From: Myxococcota bacterium
GTDB lineage: Bacteria; Myxococcota_A; UBA9160; SZUA-336
NCBI GenBank assembly: GCA_044450765.1
Contig: JBIOJK010000003.1
Coordinates: forward strand, 19,856-83,855
Reading direction: 5' to 3'
DNA: 64,000 bases
Below, piece after piece: positions 1 through 12,839 of this stretch. The position numbers were made by a program, and so were the translations under genes. A model generated the notes under the pieces. It was given only the letters and a program-made list of their open reading frames with translations, was not told the origin of the DNA and made no database searches. Within the stretch, counting starts at the first letter, position 1, and each line of letters starts with the position of its first letter.

Positions 1-703
1 ACTCGGCCGTGAGCACGTCGCCGGGCGCGCCGTGGGCGGCGACCGCGCCGCGCTCGAGTAAGACGATCTCGTCCGCGAAGCGGGCGGCGAGCCCGAGATC
101 GTGAGTCACCAGCAGGATTCCGCGCCCGGGCGCGGCGCACAGCCACGCGCGCAGCCACTCGAAGCAGTAGAGGCCGTGGCCGAGATCCATGTGCGCGGTC
201 GGCTCGTCGAGCAGCCAGGTGTCGACGCCCTGCGCGAACGCGCGCGCGAGCAGGACGCGCCGCTTCTCGCCGCCCGACAAGGTCGGGTAGGCGCGCTCGG
301 CGAGGCCGCCGAGGTCGAGCGCGGCGAGCGCCGCTTCGGTGCGCGCGAGGTCGTCCGGCGACTCACGGCCCAGCGCGCCCAGGAACGGCGCGCGCCCGAG
401 CGCGACCATCTCGCGCACACTGAAGGGGAACTGCATCGCGCTCTCCTGCGGCACGACCGCCAAGCGCTGCGCGACGCCGCGCCGTGTGTGCTCCGCGATC
501 GCGACACCGCCAAGTGTCACCTCACCCGAGTCGGGACGCAGCACGCCGGAGAGCGCGCGCAACAGCGTCGTCTTTCCCGCTCCGTTCGGCCCGACGACGA
601 CGAGCAGCTTGCCGGGGCCGAGCGACACGTCGACGCCGCGCAAGACGCGCGCGGCGCCGAATGCGTGCGAGAGAGAGCGCGCCTCGACCAGCGACTGGGT
701 CAC
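1..703 (-). CDS. ABC transporter ATP-binding protein, FecE/BtuD (iron-siderophore/cobalamin) type; C-terminus lies beyond the window
   Basis: Own minus-strand translation from GTG at 703: VTQSLVEARSLSHAFGAARVLRGVDVSLGPGKLLVVVGPNGAGKTTLLRALSG (Walker A), YPTLSGGEKRRVLLARA (signature), WLLDEPTAHMD (Walker B), LLVTHDL. Absent from the ORF track because it runs off the window. Its GTG overlaps the permease stop (GTGA). Confidence 0.9.
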   Translation of the reverse strand, partial: MTQSLVEARSLSHAFGAARVLRGVDVSLGPGKLLVVVGPNGAGKTTLLRALSGVLRPDSGEVTLGGVAIAEHTRRGVAQRLAVVPQESAMQFPFSVREMVALGRAPFLGALGRESPDDLARTEAALAALDLGGLAERAYPTLSGGEKRRVLLARAFAQGVDTWLLDEPTAHMDLGHGLYCFEWLRAWLCAAPGRGILLVTHDLGLAARFADEIVLLERGAVAAHGAPGDVLTAE

Positions 704-1665
704 GCCGCGGGCAGTCGGGCGAGCTCACGCCGCAGCAGGACCAGGAACAGGGGGCCGCCGACCAGCGCAGTCAGCGCGCCGACCGGAAGCTCGGTCGGCG
801 CGAGCACGACGCGCGCGAGTGTGTCGGCGACGACCAGGAACGCCGCGCCCGCGAGCGCCGACGCCGGAACCAGCAGGCGGTGGTCGGATCCGAACGCGAG
901 CCGCAGCAGGTGCGGCACGATCAGGCCGACGAAGCCGATCAGGCCGGAGACCGAGACCGACGCGCCGATCATGAGTGCCGTCCCGGCGAGGATCCAGCGG
1001 CGCACCGCCGGCACGTCTACCCCGAGCTGCGACGCCGTCTCGTCGCCCTGCGCGATCAGGTTCAGCGCGTACGCGAAGCGCAGGGCGATCGCGAGGCCGA
1101 GCCCGAGCAGCGCCGCGACTGCCGCGAGCAGCGCCGGCTCGACCGAGCGGATCGAGCCGATCAGCCAGAGGAACACACCCGCCACCCTCGCGAGATCGGC
1201 GGCGCTGGTCGCGAACACGATCAGCGACGACGCGAAGGCGTTGAACACGACGCCGGTCAGCAGCAGGCTGTGAGCGGGCGCGCGCCCGCCGGCGGCCGCG
1301 ATCGCGTAGAGCAAGAGACTCGCGCCGAGCGCGCCCGCGAACGCCACCGCCGGCACCGCCGCAGCGCCGAGCCACAGGCCGCCGCCGAGCGCGAGCGCGG
1401 CGACGCCGCCCAGCGCCGCGCCGCCCGAGATTCCAAGCACGTACGGGTCGGCGAGCGGGTTCTGCAAAAGCGCCTGGAGCAGCGTGCCGGCCGTCGCGAG
1501 GCCCGCGCCGACGAGCGCGGCGAGCAGCGCGCGGGGCAGGCGAATCTGCAGCACGATCTCGCGCGTCGCGTGCTGCGCCGAGCCGACCAGCAGACTCACA
1601 CCCAGAGCGGCGGCGAGCAGCAGCGCAAGCGCGCCCAACAGCGACCCGCGCGAGCGTCGAGTCAC
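700..1665 (-). CDS. FecCD/BtuC-family ABC transporter permease
   Basis: Frame of track ORF 700..2319. The conserved part begins at GTG 1665 (VVTRRSRGSLLGALALLLAAALG...). Multi-TM protein with GLIGFVGLIVPHLLRL and GGPLFLVLL motifs. The upstream ~220 aa of the track ORF are Arg-rich and overlap the binding-protein gene, so they were trimmed. Confidence 0.9.
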   Translation of the reverse strand: MTRRSRGSLLGALALLLAAALGVSLLVGSAQHATREIVLQIRLPRALLAALVGAGLATAGTLLQALLQNPLADPYVLGISGGAALGGVAALALGGGLWLGAAAVPAVAFAGALGASLLLYAIAAAGGRAPAHSLLLTGVVFNAFASSLIVFATSAADLARVAGVFLWLIGSIRSVEPALLAAVAALLGLGLAIALRFAYALNLIAQGDETASQLGVDVPAVRRWILAGTALMIGASVSVSGLIGFVGLIVPHLLRLAFGSDHRLLVPASALAGAAFLVVADTLARVVLAPTELPVGALTALVGGPLFLVLLRRELARLPAA

Positions 1666-2516
1666 GACCCGAGCTCCGGGTGAATGCGCGCGCGGAGGAG
1701 CTGGGCGCCCTGCGCGAGCTTCGCGCCCGGCAGGGTCGCCACCCCCGGCGGCACGAGCTCGACGCGCTTCAGCCAGGCAAAGCGACCCCAGTACGCCCGC
1801 GCGGCGTCGCGCGCGGCGGGCCCCTGTTCCTGCCGCGTCGAGTCGATCAGGACCTCGGGCGCGCGCTCGGCGAGTAACTCGAGCGACACCTGCGGGTAGC
1901 TGCGCGCCAGGTCCGCGAACACGTTGCGCCCGCCGGCCGCTTCGATCAGCGCACTCGCAAAGCTGCCGCCGGCAGCGACGTAGAGCGGCTCGCGCTCGAC
2001 GACGAGCGCAACGCTCGGCCGGCGCCGCCCTGCGACGGAGCGCGCGACCCCCGCCAGCTCGGCGCGCACGCGATCGGCCAGCTCGCGGCCCTGCGCGCCG
2101 CGGCCGACGAGCCCGCCCACGCGTTCGTAGTTCGCGATCACCGCGTCGAGTGACCCGCCGGTGTCGATCTCGCGCACGGCGATCCCGCGCGCGCGCAGCT
2201 CCGAGAAGAACCCGGCTTGTGATTCGCTCTGCACGCCGACGACCAAGCTGGGGCGCAGCTCGAGCGTGCGCTCGAGATCCGGCGCGAACAGTCCGCCCAG
2301 CGACGGGATCGAGCCGCATTCGGGAAGCTCGCGCGAGAAGCGGTCGACGCCCACGATCCGGTCGCGCATGCCGAGCGCGAGGAGTATCTCGGTCGTCGAG
2401 GGCGAGAGCGAGATCACGCGCAGCTCACCCGACTCGGCGGTCGCCCGCGCGCCCGCCTGCTCGCGACAGGCCGCGAGCGCCAGAACGAGACAGACGACGC
2501 GGACGGAGGCGCGCAC
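1662..2516 (-). CDS. Periplasmic substrate-binding protein, BtuF/FhuD (class III) type
   Basis: 284 aa. N-terminal signal/lipobox-like LVLALAAC. ISLSPSTTEILLALGMRDRIVGV is typical of B12/siderophore binding proteins. Its stop overlaps the permease GTG. Confidence 0.85.
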   Translation of the reverse strand: MRASVRVVCLVLALAACREQAGARATAESGELRVISLSPSTTEILLALGMRDRIVGVDRFSRELPECGSIPSLGGLFAPDLERTLELRPSLVVGVQSESQAGFFSELRARGIAVREIDTGGSLDAVIANYERVGGLVGRGAQGRELADRVRAELAGVARSVAGRRRPSVALVVEREPLYVAAGGSFASALIEAAGGRNVFADLARSYPQVSLELLAERAPEVLIDSTRQEQGPAARDAARAYWGRFAWLKRVELVPPGVATLPGAKLAQGAQLLRARIHPELGS

Positions 2517-2590
2517 GCCGGTGTTCTAGCACGGCGGCGGGGATGACGGAGGCGCAGCCGAACGCGTCCAGCCGCGCCTCCGGACCGCCG

Positions 2591-2938
2591 CTATTTCGCG
2601 GGCTGCGCGGTCGTCTTGCCTTCGAGCGCGACGTGCGGCCGGATCTTCTCCAGCTGCTTCTCGCCGATGCCCTTCACCTGAGACAGGTCCTCGACCCGCT
2701 TGAACGCGCCGTGCTCGGTGCGGTAGCGGATGATCGCCTCTGCCTTCGCCGGGCCGACCCCGGGCAGGAGCGACAGCTCCTCCGCCGTGGCCGAGTTCAC
2801 GTTGACGACGCCGCTCAGCGCGGGGCTCGTGCCTCGCGCCGCGGAGTCGCTGCCGGCCGCGGTGGCCGTGGTGTTCAGGAGCAGAGCCAGTGCGAGCGCC
2901 CCGAGGGCCGCCGCGATTGGATGACGCATGTTGCGCAT
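2591..2938 (-). CDS. comEA: ComEA-family helix-hairpin-helix DNA-binding protein (secreted)
   Basis: 115 aa. Signal peptide, then VNVNSATAEELSLLPGVGPAKAEAIIRYRTEHGAFKRVEDLSQVKGIGEKQLEKI, a tandem HhH of the ComEA type. Confidence 0.8.
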   Translation of the reverse strand: MRNMRHPIAAALGALALALLLNTTATAAGSDSAARGTSPALSGVVNVNSATAEELSLLPGVGPAKAEAIIRYRTEHGAFKRVEDLSQVKGIGEKQLEKIRPHVALEGKTTAQPAK

Positions 2939-2992
2939 CCTCCTCTTGGTGATTGGGGTGAGGCTCGCGGGGTGAGGCGGGGAACTTCCGGT

Positions 2993-4003
2993 TCAGTGAC
3001 TGCGCTCGACCACGAAGTCGGCGAGCGCGTGCATCGCGCGCTTCGCCTCGCAGTCGACGAACGGCTCGATGCGCGCGCGCGCCTGCGCACAGACCTGGCG
3101 GGCGCGTTCGAAGGTGCTCTCGACGCCGTGGTGTCTCGCAACGCACTCCGCGACCTGGCGCACTTCGTCCCGGTCCGGAACGCGGCCGTCGGCGCTCTGC
3201 AGCGCGAACGACTTCAGCAGCGCGGACAGCGCCTCGCGCTCGCCGGTGGAGCAGCGCTTCAAGGTCGCGATCAGCGGCAGGGTCAGCTTGCCCTCCGCGA
3301 CGTCGGTGAGCGGAGCCTTGCCGAGGTCGAGCTCTTGGCCCGCGTAGTCGAGCGCGTCGTCGACGAGCTGGAAGGCGAGCCCGAGCTGCGCTCCGTAGTC
3401 GCGCACCGCGCGGCGCTCGGCGCGGGTGACTCCACCGAGCACGGCGCCCGACTCGGCCGACGCCGCCAGGAGACTCGAGGTCTTTCCGCCGATCACGTCG
3501 ATGTAGGTCGACTCGGTGATCTCCGGGTCGAAGCTGCGCGTGAGCTGGAGCACCTCGCCTTCCGCCATGGCGCGGATGCTGTCGGCGAAGCTCGCCAGGA
3601 TGTCCTGATCGCCGTCCTCGACGAGCGTCTGACACGCGCGCGCGAACAGGAAGTCGCCGACCAGAATCGCGAGCTTCGAGCCGAAGCGCGCGTTCACGCT
3701 CGGCCGGCCGCGCCGCGTCTCGGCCGCGTCGACGACGTCGTCGTGCAGCAATGACGCGCTGTGGAGATACTCGGCCGCGCTGGCGATCTGGATCGCGCGC
3801 GGTCCGCGGTAGCCGCACAGCCGCGACGCCAGCAGCACGACCACCGGGCGAATGCGCTTGCCGCCGCCGCCGAACGTGTGCTCGCCGATCGCGGGCACGA
3901 CCGGCGCAACCGAGCGCAGCGCTTCGCGCATGACGCGCTCGACCTGCTCGAGATCGTCGTGCAGGAACGCGATGATGCGGTCGAGGTCGCGGCTCTCGTT
4001 CAA
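2993..4003 (-). CDS. Polyprenyl diphosphate synthase (IspB-like trans-isoprenyl diphosphate synthase)
   Basis: 336 aa. Both Asp-rich motifs are present: SLLHDDVVDAAETRRG and FQLVDDALDY. Confidence 0.9.
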   Translation of the reverse strand: MNESRDLDRIIAFLHDDLEQVERVMREALRSVAPVVPAIGEHTFGGGGKRIRPVVVLLASRLCGYRGPRAIQIASAAEYLHSASLLHDDVVDAAETRRGRPSVNARFGSKLAILVGDFLFARACQTLVEDGDQDILASFADSIRAMAEGEVLQLTRSFDPEITESTYIDVIGGKTSSLLAASAESGAVLGGVTRAERRAVRDYGAQLGLAFQLVDDALDYAGQELDLGKAPLTDVAEGKLTLPLIATLKRCSTGEREALSALLKSFALQSADGRVPDRDEVRQVAECVARHHGVESTFERARQVCAQARARIEPFVDCEAKRAMHALADFVVERSH

Positions 4004-4236
4004 CTCGCTTGCCCCTGGGTAGGCTGCCGAGTCTACCCGCGGCCCGGGTTCATGTCAAAGCGCTCACATGGTAAATCCTGTGATATTTCAGACAGTTGCC
4101 GAGTGTTCTCTCCACTCGACGAGAGCTTCGAGCCCGCCCGGCAACGGGTGCCCGCGGGCAAGAGCCGCGTCGCGCCTGACGCCGGCCGGCAGCGCCTGAC
4201 TCAAGCCGCCGCCGCCGCTGGCCGAACCGATTCCGA

Positions 4237-4827
4237 ATGGGCCGCGGCCAACAGGACGAGATCGACGAGGAGCTCGACGAGCTCGATCAGGGCTTGAAGC
4301 GCCTGCGCGTCGAGTACGACCAGTACTTTCTCGGGATCCTGAAGCGGCCGCCCGAGGTTCTGCAGGGCCGGATCCAGAAGGTCATCATCAAGTACGCGAA
4401 TCAGACACTGCGGAAGACACACCACAAATTCCGCTTCAACTCGCTGAACTCGAAATTCCAGGTCTACCGGCAGCAGTGGGGCCGCACGCTGCGGCAGATC
4501 GAGCAGGGCACCTACAAGGGACACCTGTTTCGCGCGAAGCTCCACGAGCGCGAGCGCGGAATATCGGATGAGACGCCGAATCCGCTGAAGCCGGCGGCGC
4601 CGCCGACTGCTCCGCCGGGCGCGATCGACAAGCTCTTCGACGCGCTCGTCGCGGCGCGCAAGCGCGCCGGTGATTCGGGCCCCGCGCCCGACCGCGCGAA
4701 GCTCTCCGAGATCGTGAAGAAGCAGACCGCCGCGCTGAAGCAAAAGCACCCGGGCGCGAAGGTGAAGTTCCGCGTCGCGATCGAGGGCAACAAGGCGAAA
4801 CTGGTCGCGAGCGTCGTGAAGTCCTGA
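4237..4827 (+). CDS. Conserved hypothetical protein, Lys-rich, coiled-coil-like N-terminus
   Basis: 196 aa. Normal amino-acid composition (many K/Q/F/Y), unlike the shadow ORFs. No catalytic motif recognised. It resembles small conserved proteins of Myxococcota from memory only. Confidence 0.6.
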   Translation: MGRGQQDEIDEELDELDQGLKRLRVEYDQYFLGILKRPPEVLQGRIQKVIIKYANQTLRKTHHKFRFNSLNSKFQVYRQQWGRTLRQIEQGTYKGHLFRAKLHERERGISDETPNPLKPAAPPTAPPGAIDKLFDALVAARKRAGDSGPAPDRAKLSEIVKKQTAALKQKHPGAKVKFRVAIEGNKAKLVASVVKS

Positions 4828-4855
4828 GCCGGACGCTGCGCTAACCTGCGCGCCC

Positions 4856-5965
4856 ATGCGCGTCGCCCTGGTGCACGACTGGCTCACGGGCTTTCGCGGG
4901 GGCGAGAAGGTCCTCCTCGAGTTCGCGCGGCTGTTTCCGGACGCGGATCTCTTCACCCTGATCCACGTCCCGGGCAGTGTGACTCCCGAGATCGAGCGCC
5001 TCCGCATTTCCGCCAGCCCGCTGTCGCGCGTGCCTGGCGCCGCGCGGCACTACCGCAAGCTCCTGCCGCTGTTTCCGTGGGCCGTCGAGCGCTTCCGGCT
5101 CGAGGGCTACGACCTCGTGATCTCGACCAGCCACTCGTTCGCGAAGGGAGCGCGCGTTCCGCACGGCACGCCGCATCTGTGTTACTGCTTCACGCCGATC
5201 CGCTATGCCTGGGACCTCGCCGACGAGTATCTCGGCCGCGGCGCCCGCCGCCTGCTGGCGGCGCCGTTGCTCGCGTATCTGCGGCGCTGGGACCGGCGCA
5301 CCAGCTCCCCCGCGCGCGTGACCGAGGTGGTCGCGATCTCTCACGCGATCTCGGACAGGGTGCGGCGCTGCTGGGGACGCGACGCGAGCGTGGTCTATCC
5401 CGGTGTCGACGTCGCGCGCTTTCGCGGGCTTGAGACGCGCCCCGGCGACTTCTACTTCATGCTCGGTGGGTTCGTGCCGTACAAGGCCGAGGGCCTGGCG
5501 ATCGAGGCGTTTCGCAGGCTCGACCGTCCGCTCGTGATCGCCGGCGACGGGCCGACGCGCGCGTCGCTCCAGGCAGGCGCGCCCGCGAACGTGCGCTTCC
5601 TGGGCCGCGTCTCGGACGCGGAGCTCGACGACCTGTACTCGCGCTGTCGCGCCCTGGTGTACCCGCAGCTCGAGGACTTCGGCATGATCGCCGTCGAGGC
5701 GCAGGCCGCGGGAAAGCCGGTGATCGCCTTCGGCCGCGGCGGCGCGACCGAGACGGTCGTCGGCCCGCGCGACGCATCCGGGCGGACGCCCAGCGGCGTG
5801 TTCTTCGCCGAGCCGACGGCGGAGTCACTCGCCGCGGCGGTGCAGGAGTTCGAGGAGCTCGAGGCGAAGCTCGATCCGCAGGCGATCCGGCTCAACGCCG
5901 AGCGCTTCTCGCTCGAGAACTTCCGCGCGGGAATCGCGCGCGCGATCGAAGGGGTGCTGCAGTGA
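4856..5965 (+). CDS. Glycosyltransferase, GT-B fold (GT4-like)
   Basis: 369 aa. N-terminus MRVALVHDWLTGFRGGEKVL. C-terminal EDFGMIAVEAQAAGKPVIAFGRGG (E-x7-E region). Confidence 0.85.
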   Translation: MRVALVHDWLTGFRGGEKVLLEFARLFPDADLFTLIHVPGSVTPEIERLRISASPLSRVPGAARHYRKLLPLFPWAVERFRLEGYDLVISTSHSFAKGARVPHGTPHLCYCFTPIRYAWDLADEYLGRGARRLLAAPLLAYLRRWDRRTSSPARVTEVVAISHAISDRVRRCWGRDASVVYPGVDVARFRGLETRPGDFYFMLGGFVPYKAEGLAIEAFRRLDRPLVIAGDGPTRASLQAGAPANVRFLGRVSDAELDDLYSRCRALVYPQLEDFGMIAVEAQAAGKPVIAFGRGGATETVVGPRDASGRTPSGVFFAEPTAESLAAAVQEFEELEAKLDPQAIRLNAERFSLENFRAGIARAIEGVLQ

Positions 5966-7068
5966 CTCGCAAGATTCCCATGGTCGATCTGGGCGCGCAG
6001 ACGGAGCGACTCTGGCCCGAGCTCGAGAAGGCAGTTCAGAGCGTCCTGCGCTCGGGTCGCTTCATCCTCGGGCCGAACGTAGAGGCATTCGAACGCGAGG
6101 CCGCGAACTTTCTCGGCACGCGCTACGCGGTCGGTGTGGGCTCGGGCACGGACGCGCTCGTGCTCGCTCTGCGCGCGCTCGGCGTCGGTGCGGGCGACGA
6201 AGTGATCGTGCCCTCGTTCACGTTCTTCGCGACCGCGGAGGCGGTGAGCCTCGTCGGCGCGACGCCGGTCTTCGCGGACATCGAGCCGACCACGTTCTGT
6301 CTCGAGCCCGATTCCGTGGCGAAGGCGATCAGTCTGCGCACGCGCGCGATCGTGCCCGTGCATCTCTTCGGTCACCCCGCCGAGATGGACGCGATCGCCG
6401 CGCTCGCGCGCGCGCGCGGGCTCGCGCTGCTCGAGGACGCCGCACAGGCGTTCGGCGCGGTCTACCGCGGGCGCAAGGTCGGCGGGCTGGGGAACGCGGC
6501 GGCCTTCTCCTTCTTCCCGTCGAAGAATCTCGGCGCGTTCGGCGAGGCCGGGCTGATCGCGACCGACGACGCGGCGGTCGCCGACTCGGTGCGCAGCCTG
6601 CGCGCGCACGGCTCGCGCGAGCGCTACGTGCACACGGAGATCGGCTACAACGCGCGGCTCGACGAGATCCAGGCGGCGCTCTTGCGCGTGAAGCTGCCGC
6701 ACGTGGCGGGCTGGAACGACGAGCGACGGCGCGTGGCTGCCGCCTACGATGCGTCACTTTTTGGTGTCACCGGCGTGCGGATCCCGCGCATCGCGCCCGG
6801 CTGCACGCACGTCTTCCACCAGTACACCGTGCGCGTGCCGGCGGAGAAGCGCGCGGCGATCCAGCGCGCGCTCGAGTCAGCCGGCGTCGCGACTCAGGTC
6901 TACTACCCGATTCCGAACCACGCGCTGCCGATGTACGCGGGGGGCGCGCCGTCGTTGCCCGAGACCGAGACGGCCGCGCGCGAAGTGCTCTCGCTGCCGA
7001 TCTTTCCGGAGCTCACCAACGCGGACGCGGCCGAGATCGCGCGCCTGCTGGCGGCCGCGCTGCGCTAG
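5962..7068 (+). CDS. DegT/DnrJ/EryC1/StrS-family sugar aminotransferase (PLP)
   Basis: 368 aa. GTG start overlaps the upstream stop (GTGA). IPMVDLGAQ N-terminus. FSFFPSKNLGAFGEAG contains the PLP-lysine region. Confidence 0.9.
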   Translation: MTRKIPMVDLGAQTERLWPELEKAVQSVLRSGRFILGPNVEAFEREAANFLGTRYAVGVGSGTDALVLALRALGVGAGDEVIVPSFTFFATAEAVSLVGATPVFADIEPTTFCLEPDSVAKAISLRTRAIVPVHLFGHPAEMDAIAALARARGLALLEDAAQAFGAVYRGRKVGGLGNAAAFSFFPSKNLGAFGEAGLIATDDAAVADSVRSLRAHGSRERYVHTEIGYNARLDEIQAALLRVKLPHVAGWNDERRRVAAAYDASLFGVTGVRIPRIAPGCTHVFHQYTVRVPAEKRAAIQRALESAGVATQVYYPIPNHALPMYAGGAPSLPETETAAREVLSLPIFPELTNADAAEIARLLAAALR

Positions 7069-8591
7069 CGGCCGCGCGCGGTGACCTGCGGCGGTCTGTT
7101 CGGCCACTTCTGGAAGGTGGCGCGGTGGCGGGCGAGCCCGCGCATCACGACCTCGATGTAGACCAGCTTCCGGATCAGGTAGCTGTGAGTCTCCTTCGGG
7201 TCGAGATACAGGTTGTACAGCCGCCCATAGGGGTACTGCTGCAGCACGCCGGTGAAGCCGCCGGGATTCACGACGTCGGTCGAGTCGTCGGAGATCGACG
7301 TGCTCATGTACTTGTACTCGCCTACGCGGATCGCCGAGAGGTGCAGCGTGAGCCAGTAGTAGTGGAACTTGCGGTTCGAGAGCCCGTCGGGCGCGAGCAG
7401 GAAGCTGGTCTGATCGATCGAGTCGACGAAGCGGTCGCCGGGCACGCGGTCGCCGACACCCGCCAGTGTCAGAAACGTCGCGAACAGATCGAGCTGCGCG
7501 AAGATCCCGTCCGAGGCGCGCGGCTCGATCATTCCCTTCCACGCCATCACGCCCGGCACGCGCACTCCCCCTTCCCAGGTCGAGCCCTTCGCGCAGCGGA
7601 AGGGCGTGAACGCGGCGTCGGGCCAGGTCTCCATCTCGGGGCCGTTGTCCGACGAGACGAACACGAGCGTGTTCTCGAGCTGCCCCGTGCGCTCGAGCGC
7701 GCGCACGAGCCGGCCGACGATGTCGTCGAGCTCGATGATCGTGTCCTTGTACGGGTGCTTCGAGGGTGACTTCCCGCGGAACTTCTCGTGCGGGTAGTTG
7801 TCGAAGTGCGCGCCGCGCGTGCAATGGTACAAGAGCCAGGGCTTTCGCTCGCGACTCATGCGCTCGATGAAGCGCTCGGAGTAACCCGCCCACTCGTCGT
7901 CCAGCCGCGAGAGCACGGGAATCGTGACCTCTTCGACTACCTGCGGCTGGCCGCCGCGCTGCGCGTGCACCCAGCACTTGTTGAACGGCTCGTTCTTGAT
8001 CCAGTTCGTGCGCGCGTCGCTGTAGACGATCTCGGGGAAGAAATACGGGTCGCGCCACTCCGTGTACATATCCGAGACGGAGAGAAAGCCGAAAAAGTCG
8101 TCGAAGCCGACGTTTTGAGGCTGTGACTCGAGGTTTTCGCCCATGTGCCACTTTCCGACGGCCTGGGTCGCGTAGCCCGCGTCGGACAGCAGCTGCGCCA
8201 GAGTCACCTCGCCCGCGAGCCCGCCGGGCATGCCGTACATGGGCGGCACCAGCAGGCCGTGCCTCATCGGCACCCGGCCCGTCATCAGCGAAGCGCGCGA
8301 CGGCGTGCAGGACGGCTCGGAGTAGCACGACGTGAGCAGCAGCCCGTCGCGCGCGAGGCGGTCGATGTGCGGCGTCGGCGCGCCGGTCATGACTCCGCCG
8401 CCGTAGCAGCCGAAGTCACCCCAGCCGACGTCGTCCATCAGGATCACCAGGAAGTTCGGCTTGCGTCCCGTGCGCCGCTCGAGCTCCGCGAGCTTCGCGT
8501 TCGCCGCCGCGATCTGCGCGGGATGCCGGAACACGGACTCCCGATTCGGCGCCACTTCGACCGTCGGCGCCGTGATCGGGTCGAACTCCAA
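7065..8591 (-). CDS. Arylsulfatase-family (formylglycine-dependent) sulfatase; start uncertain
   Basis: PNFLVILMDDVGWGDFGCYGG and CTPSRASLMTGR (C-x-P-x-R motif). The track ORF start at 8780 overlaps atpC and is Arg-rich. The first plausible start is TTG 8591, one nt after the atpC stop, with GTG 8555 as an alternative. No signal peptide is visible. Confidence 0.85.
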   Translation of the reverse strand: MEFDPITAPTVEVAPNRESVFRHPAQIAAANAKLAELERRTGRKPNFLVILMDDVGWGDFGCYGGGVMTGAPTPHIDRLARDGLLLTSCYSEPSCTPSRASLMTGRVPMRHGLLVPPMYGMPGGLAGEVTLAQLLSDAGYATQAVGKWHMGENLESQPQNVGFDDFFGFLSVSDMYTEWRDPYFFPEIVYSDARTNWIKNEPFNKCWVHAQRGGQPQVVEEVTIPVLSRLDDEWAGYSERFIERMSRERKPWLLYHCTRGAHFDNYPHEKFRGKSPSKHPYKDTIIELDDIVGRLVRALERTGQLENTLVFVSSDNGPEMETWPDAAFTPFRCAKGSTWEGGVRVPGVMAWKGMIEPRASDGIFAQLDLFATFLTLAGVGDRVPGDRFVDSIDQTSFLLAPDGLSNRKFHYYWLTLHLSAIRVGEYKYMSTSISDDSTDVVNPGGFTGVLQQYPYGRLYNLYLDPKETHSYLIRKLVYIEVVMRGLARHRATFQKWPNRPPQVTARGR

Positions 8592-8592
8592 T

Positions 8593-8997
8593 TCAGGCCT
8601 TCTGCGCGTCGACGCGCGCCTGGGCAAATTCGAGCGCTTCGCGCAGCTCGGCGAGCTGTTCGGCAGGCGCCGCGATCCCCGCCGCGTCGAGCGCCTGGGC
8701 CGCGCGCGCGCGGCGCGTCTCGGCTTCGGCCGCGTCGATCTGCTCGGGTGTCTCGGCCGAGGGCGCGAGCACCGTGACACGCTCCTGTGTCACCTCGGCG
8801 AAGCCGCCGGCGATCGCGATGCGACTCGCGCGGCCCGCCGCCGTGTAGCGCACGACGCCCGGCTTCAGCGCGACGAGCAGCGGCGCGTGACCCGGCAGGA
8901 TGCCGAGCTCGCCCTCGCTGCCGGGCGCGACGACCGAGTCGGCCTCGGTCGCGAGCACCGCGCGGCTGGGAGTCACGATCGAGAGCGACAGAGCCAC
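8593..8997 (-). CDS. atpC: F0F1 ATP synthase subunit epsilon
   Basis: 134 aa. LSIVTPSRAVLATEADSVVAPGSEGELGILPGHAPLLVALKPGVV is the canonical epsilon N-terminal barrel. It lies directly after atpD. Confidence 0.9.
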   Translation of the reverse strand: MALSLSIVTPSRAVLATEADSVVAPGSEGELGILPGHAPLLVALKPGVVRYTAAGRASRIAIAGGFAEVTQERVTVLAPSAETPEQIDAAEAETRRARAAQALDAAGIAAPAEQLAELREALEFAQARVDAQKA

Positions 8998-9000
8998 GGC

Positions 9001-11291
<2,291 letters not shown>

Positions 11292-11297
11292 GAACGC

Positions 11298-12835
<1,538 letters not shown>

Positions 12836-12839
<4 letters not shown>

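Noticed and set aside
101-1273. 390-aa + strand ORF (and nested ORFs 339..974, 484..1683) across the ABC ATPase/permease genes
   Set aside because: Extremely Arg/Ala/Pro/Ser-rich low-complexity translation, antisense to genes with clear Walker/FecCD motifs. This is the typical shadow ORF of high-GC DNA.
2517-2590. Possible cobalamin riboswitch upstream of the BtuF-like ABC importer
   Set aside because: Only 74 nt separate the binding-protein start from the comEA stop, which is too short for a B12 riboswitch. No B12-box-like sequence was noticed.
1484-3754. 756-aa + strand ORF spanning four minus-strand genes
   Set aside because: Arg-rich nonsense composition with no motifs. It overlaps the binding-protein, ComEA and polyprenyl synthase genes, all of which carry recognisable motifs.
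4079-4094. CRP/FNR-type site TGTGATATTTCAGACA
   Set aside because: Only one half-site matches TGTGA-N6-TCACA. Too weak to call without a lineage-specific model.
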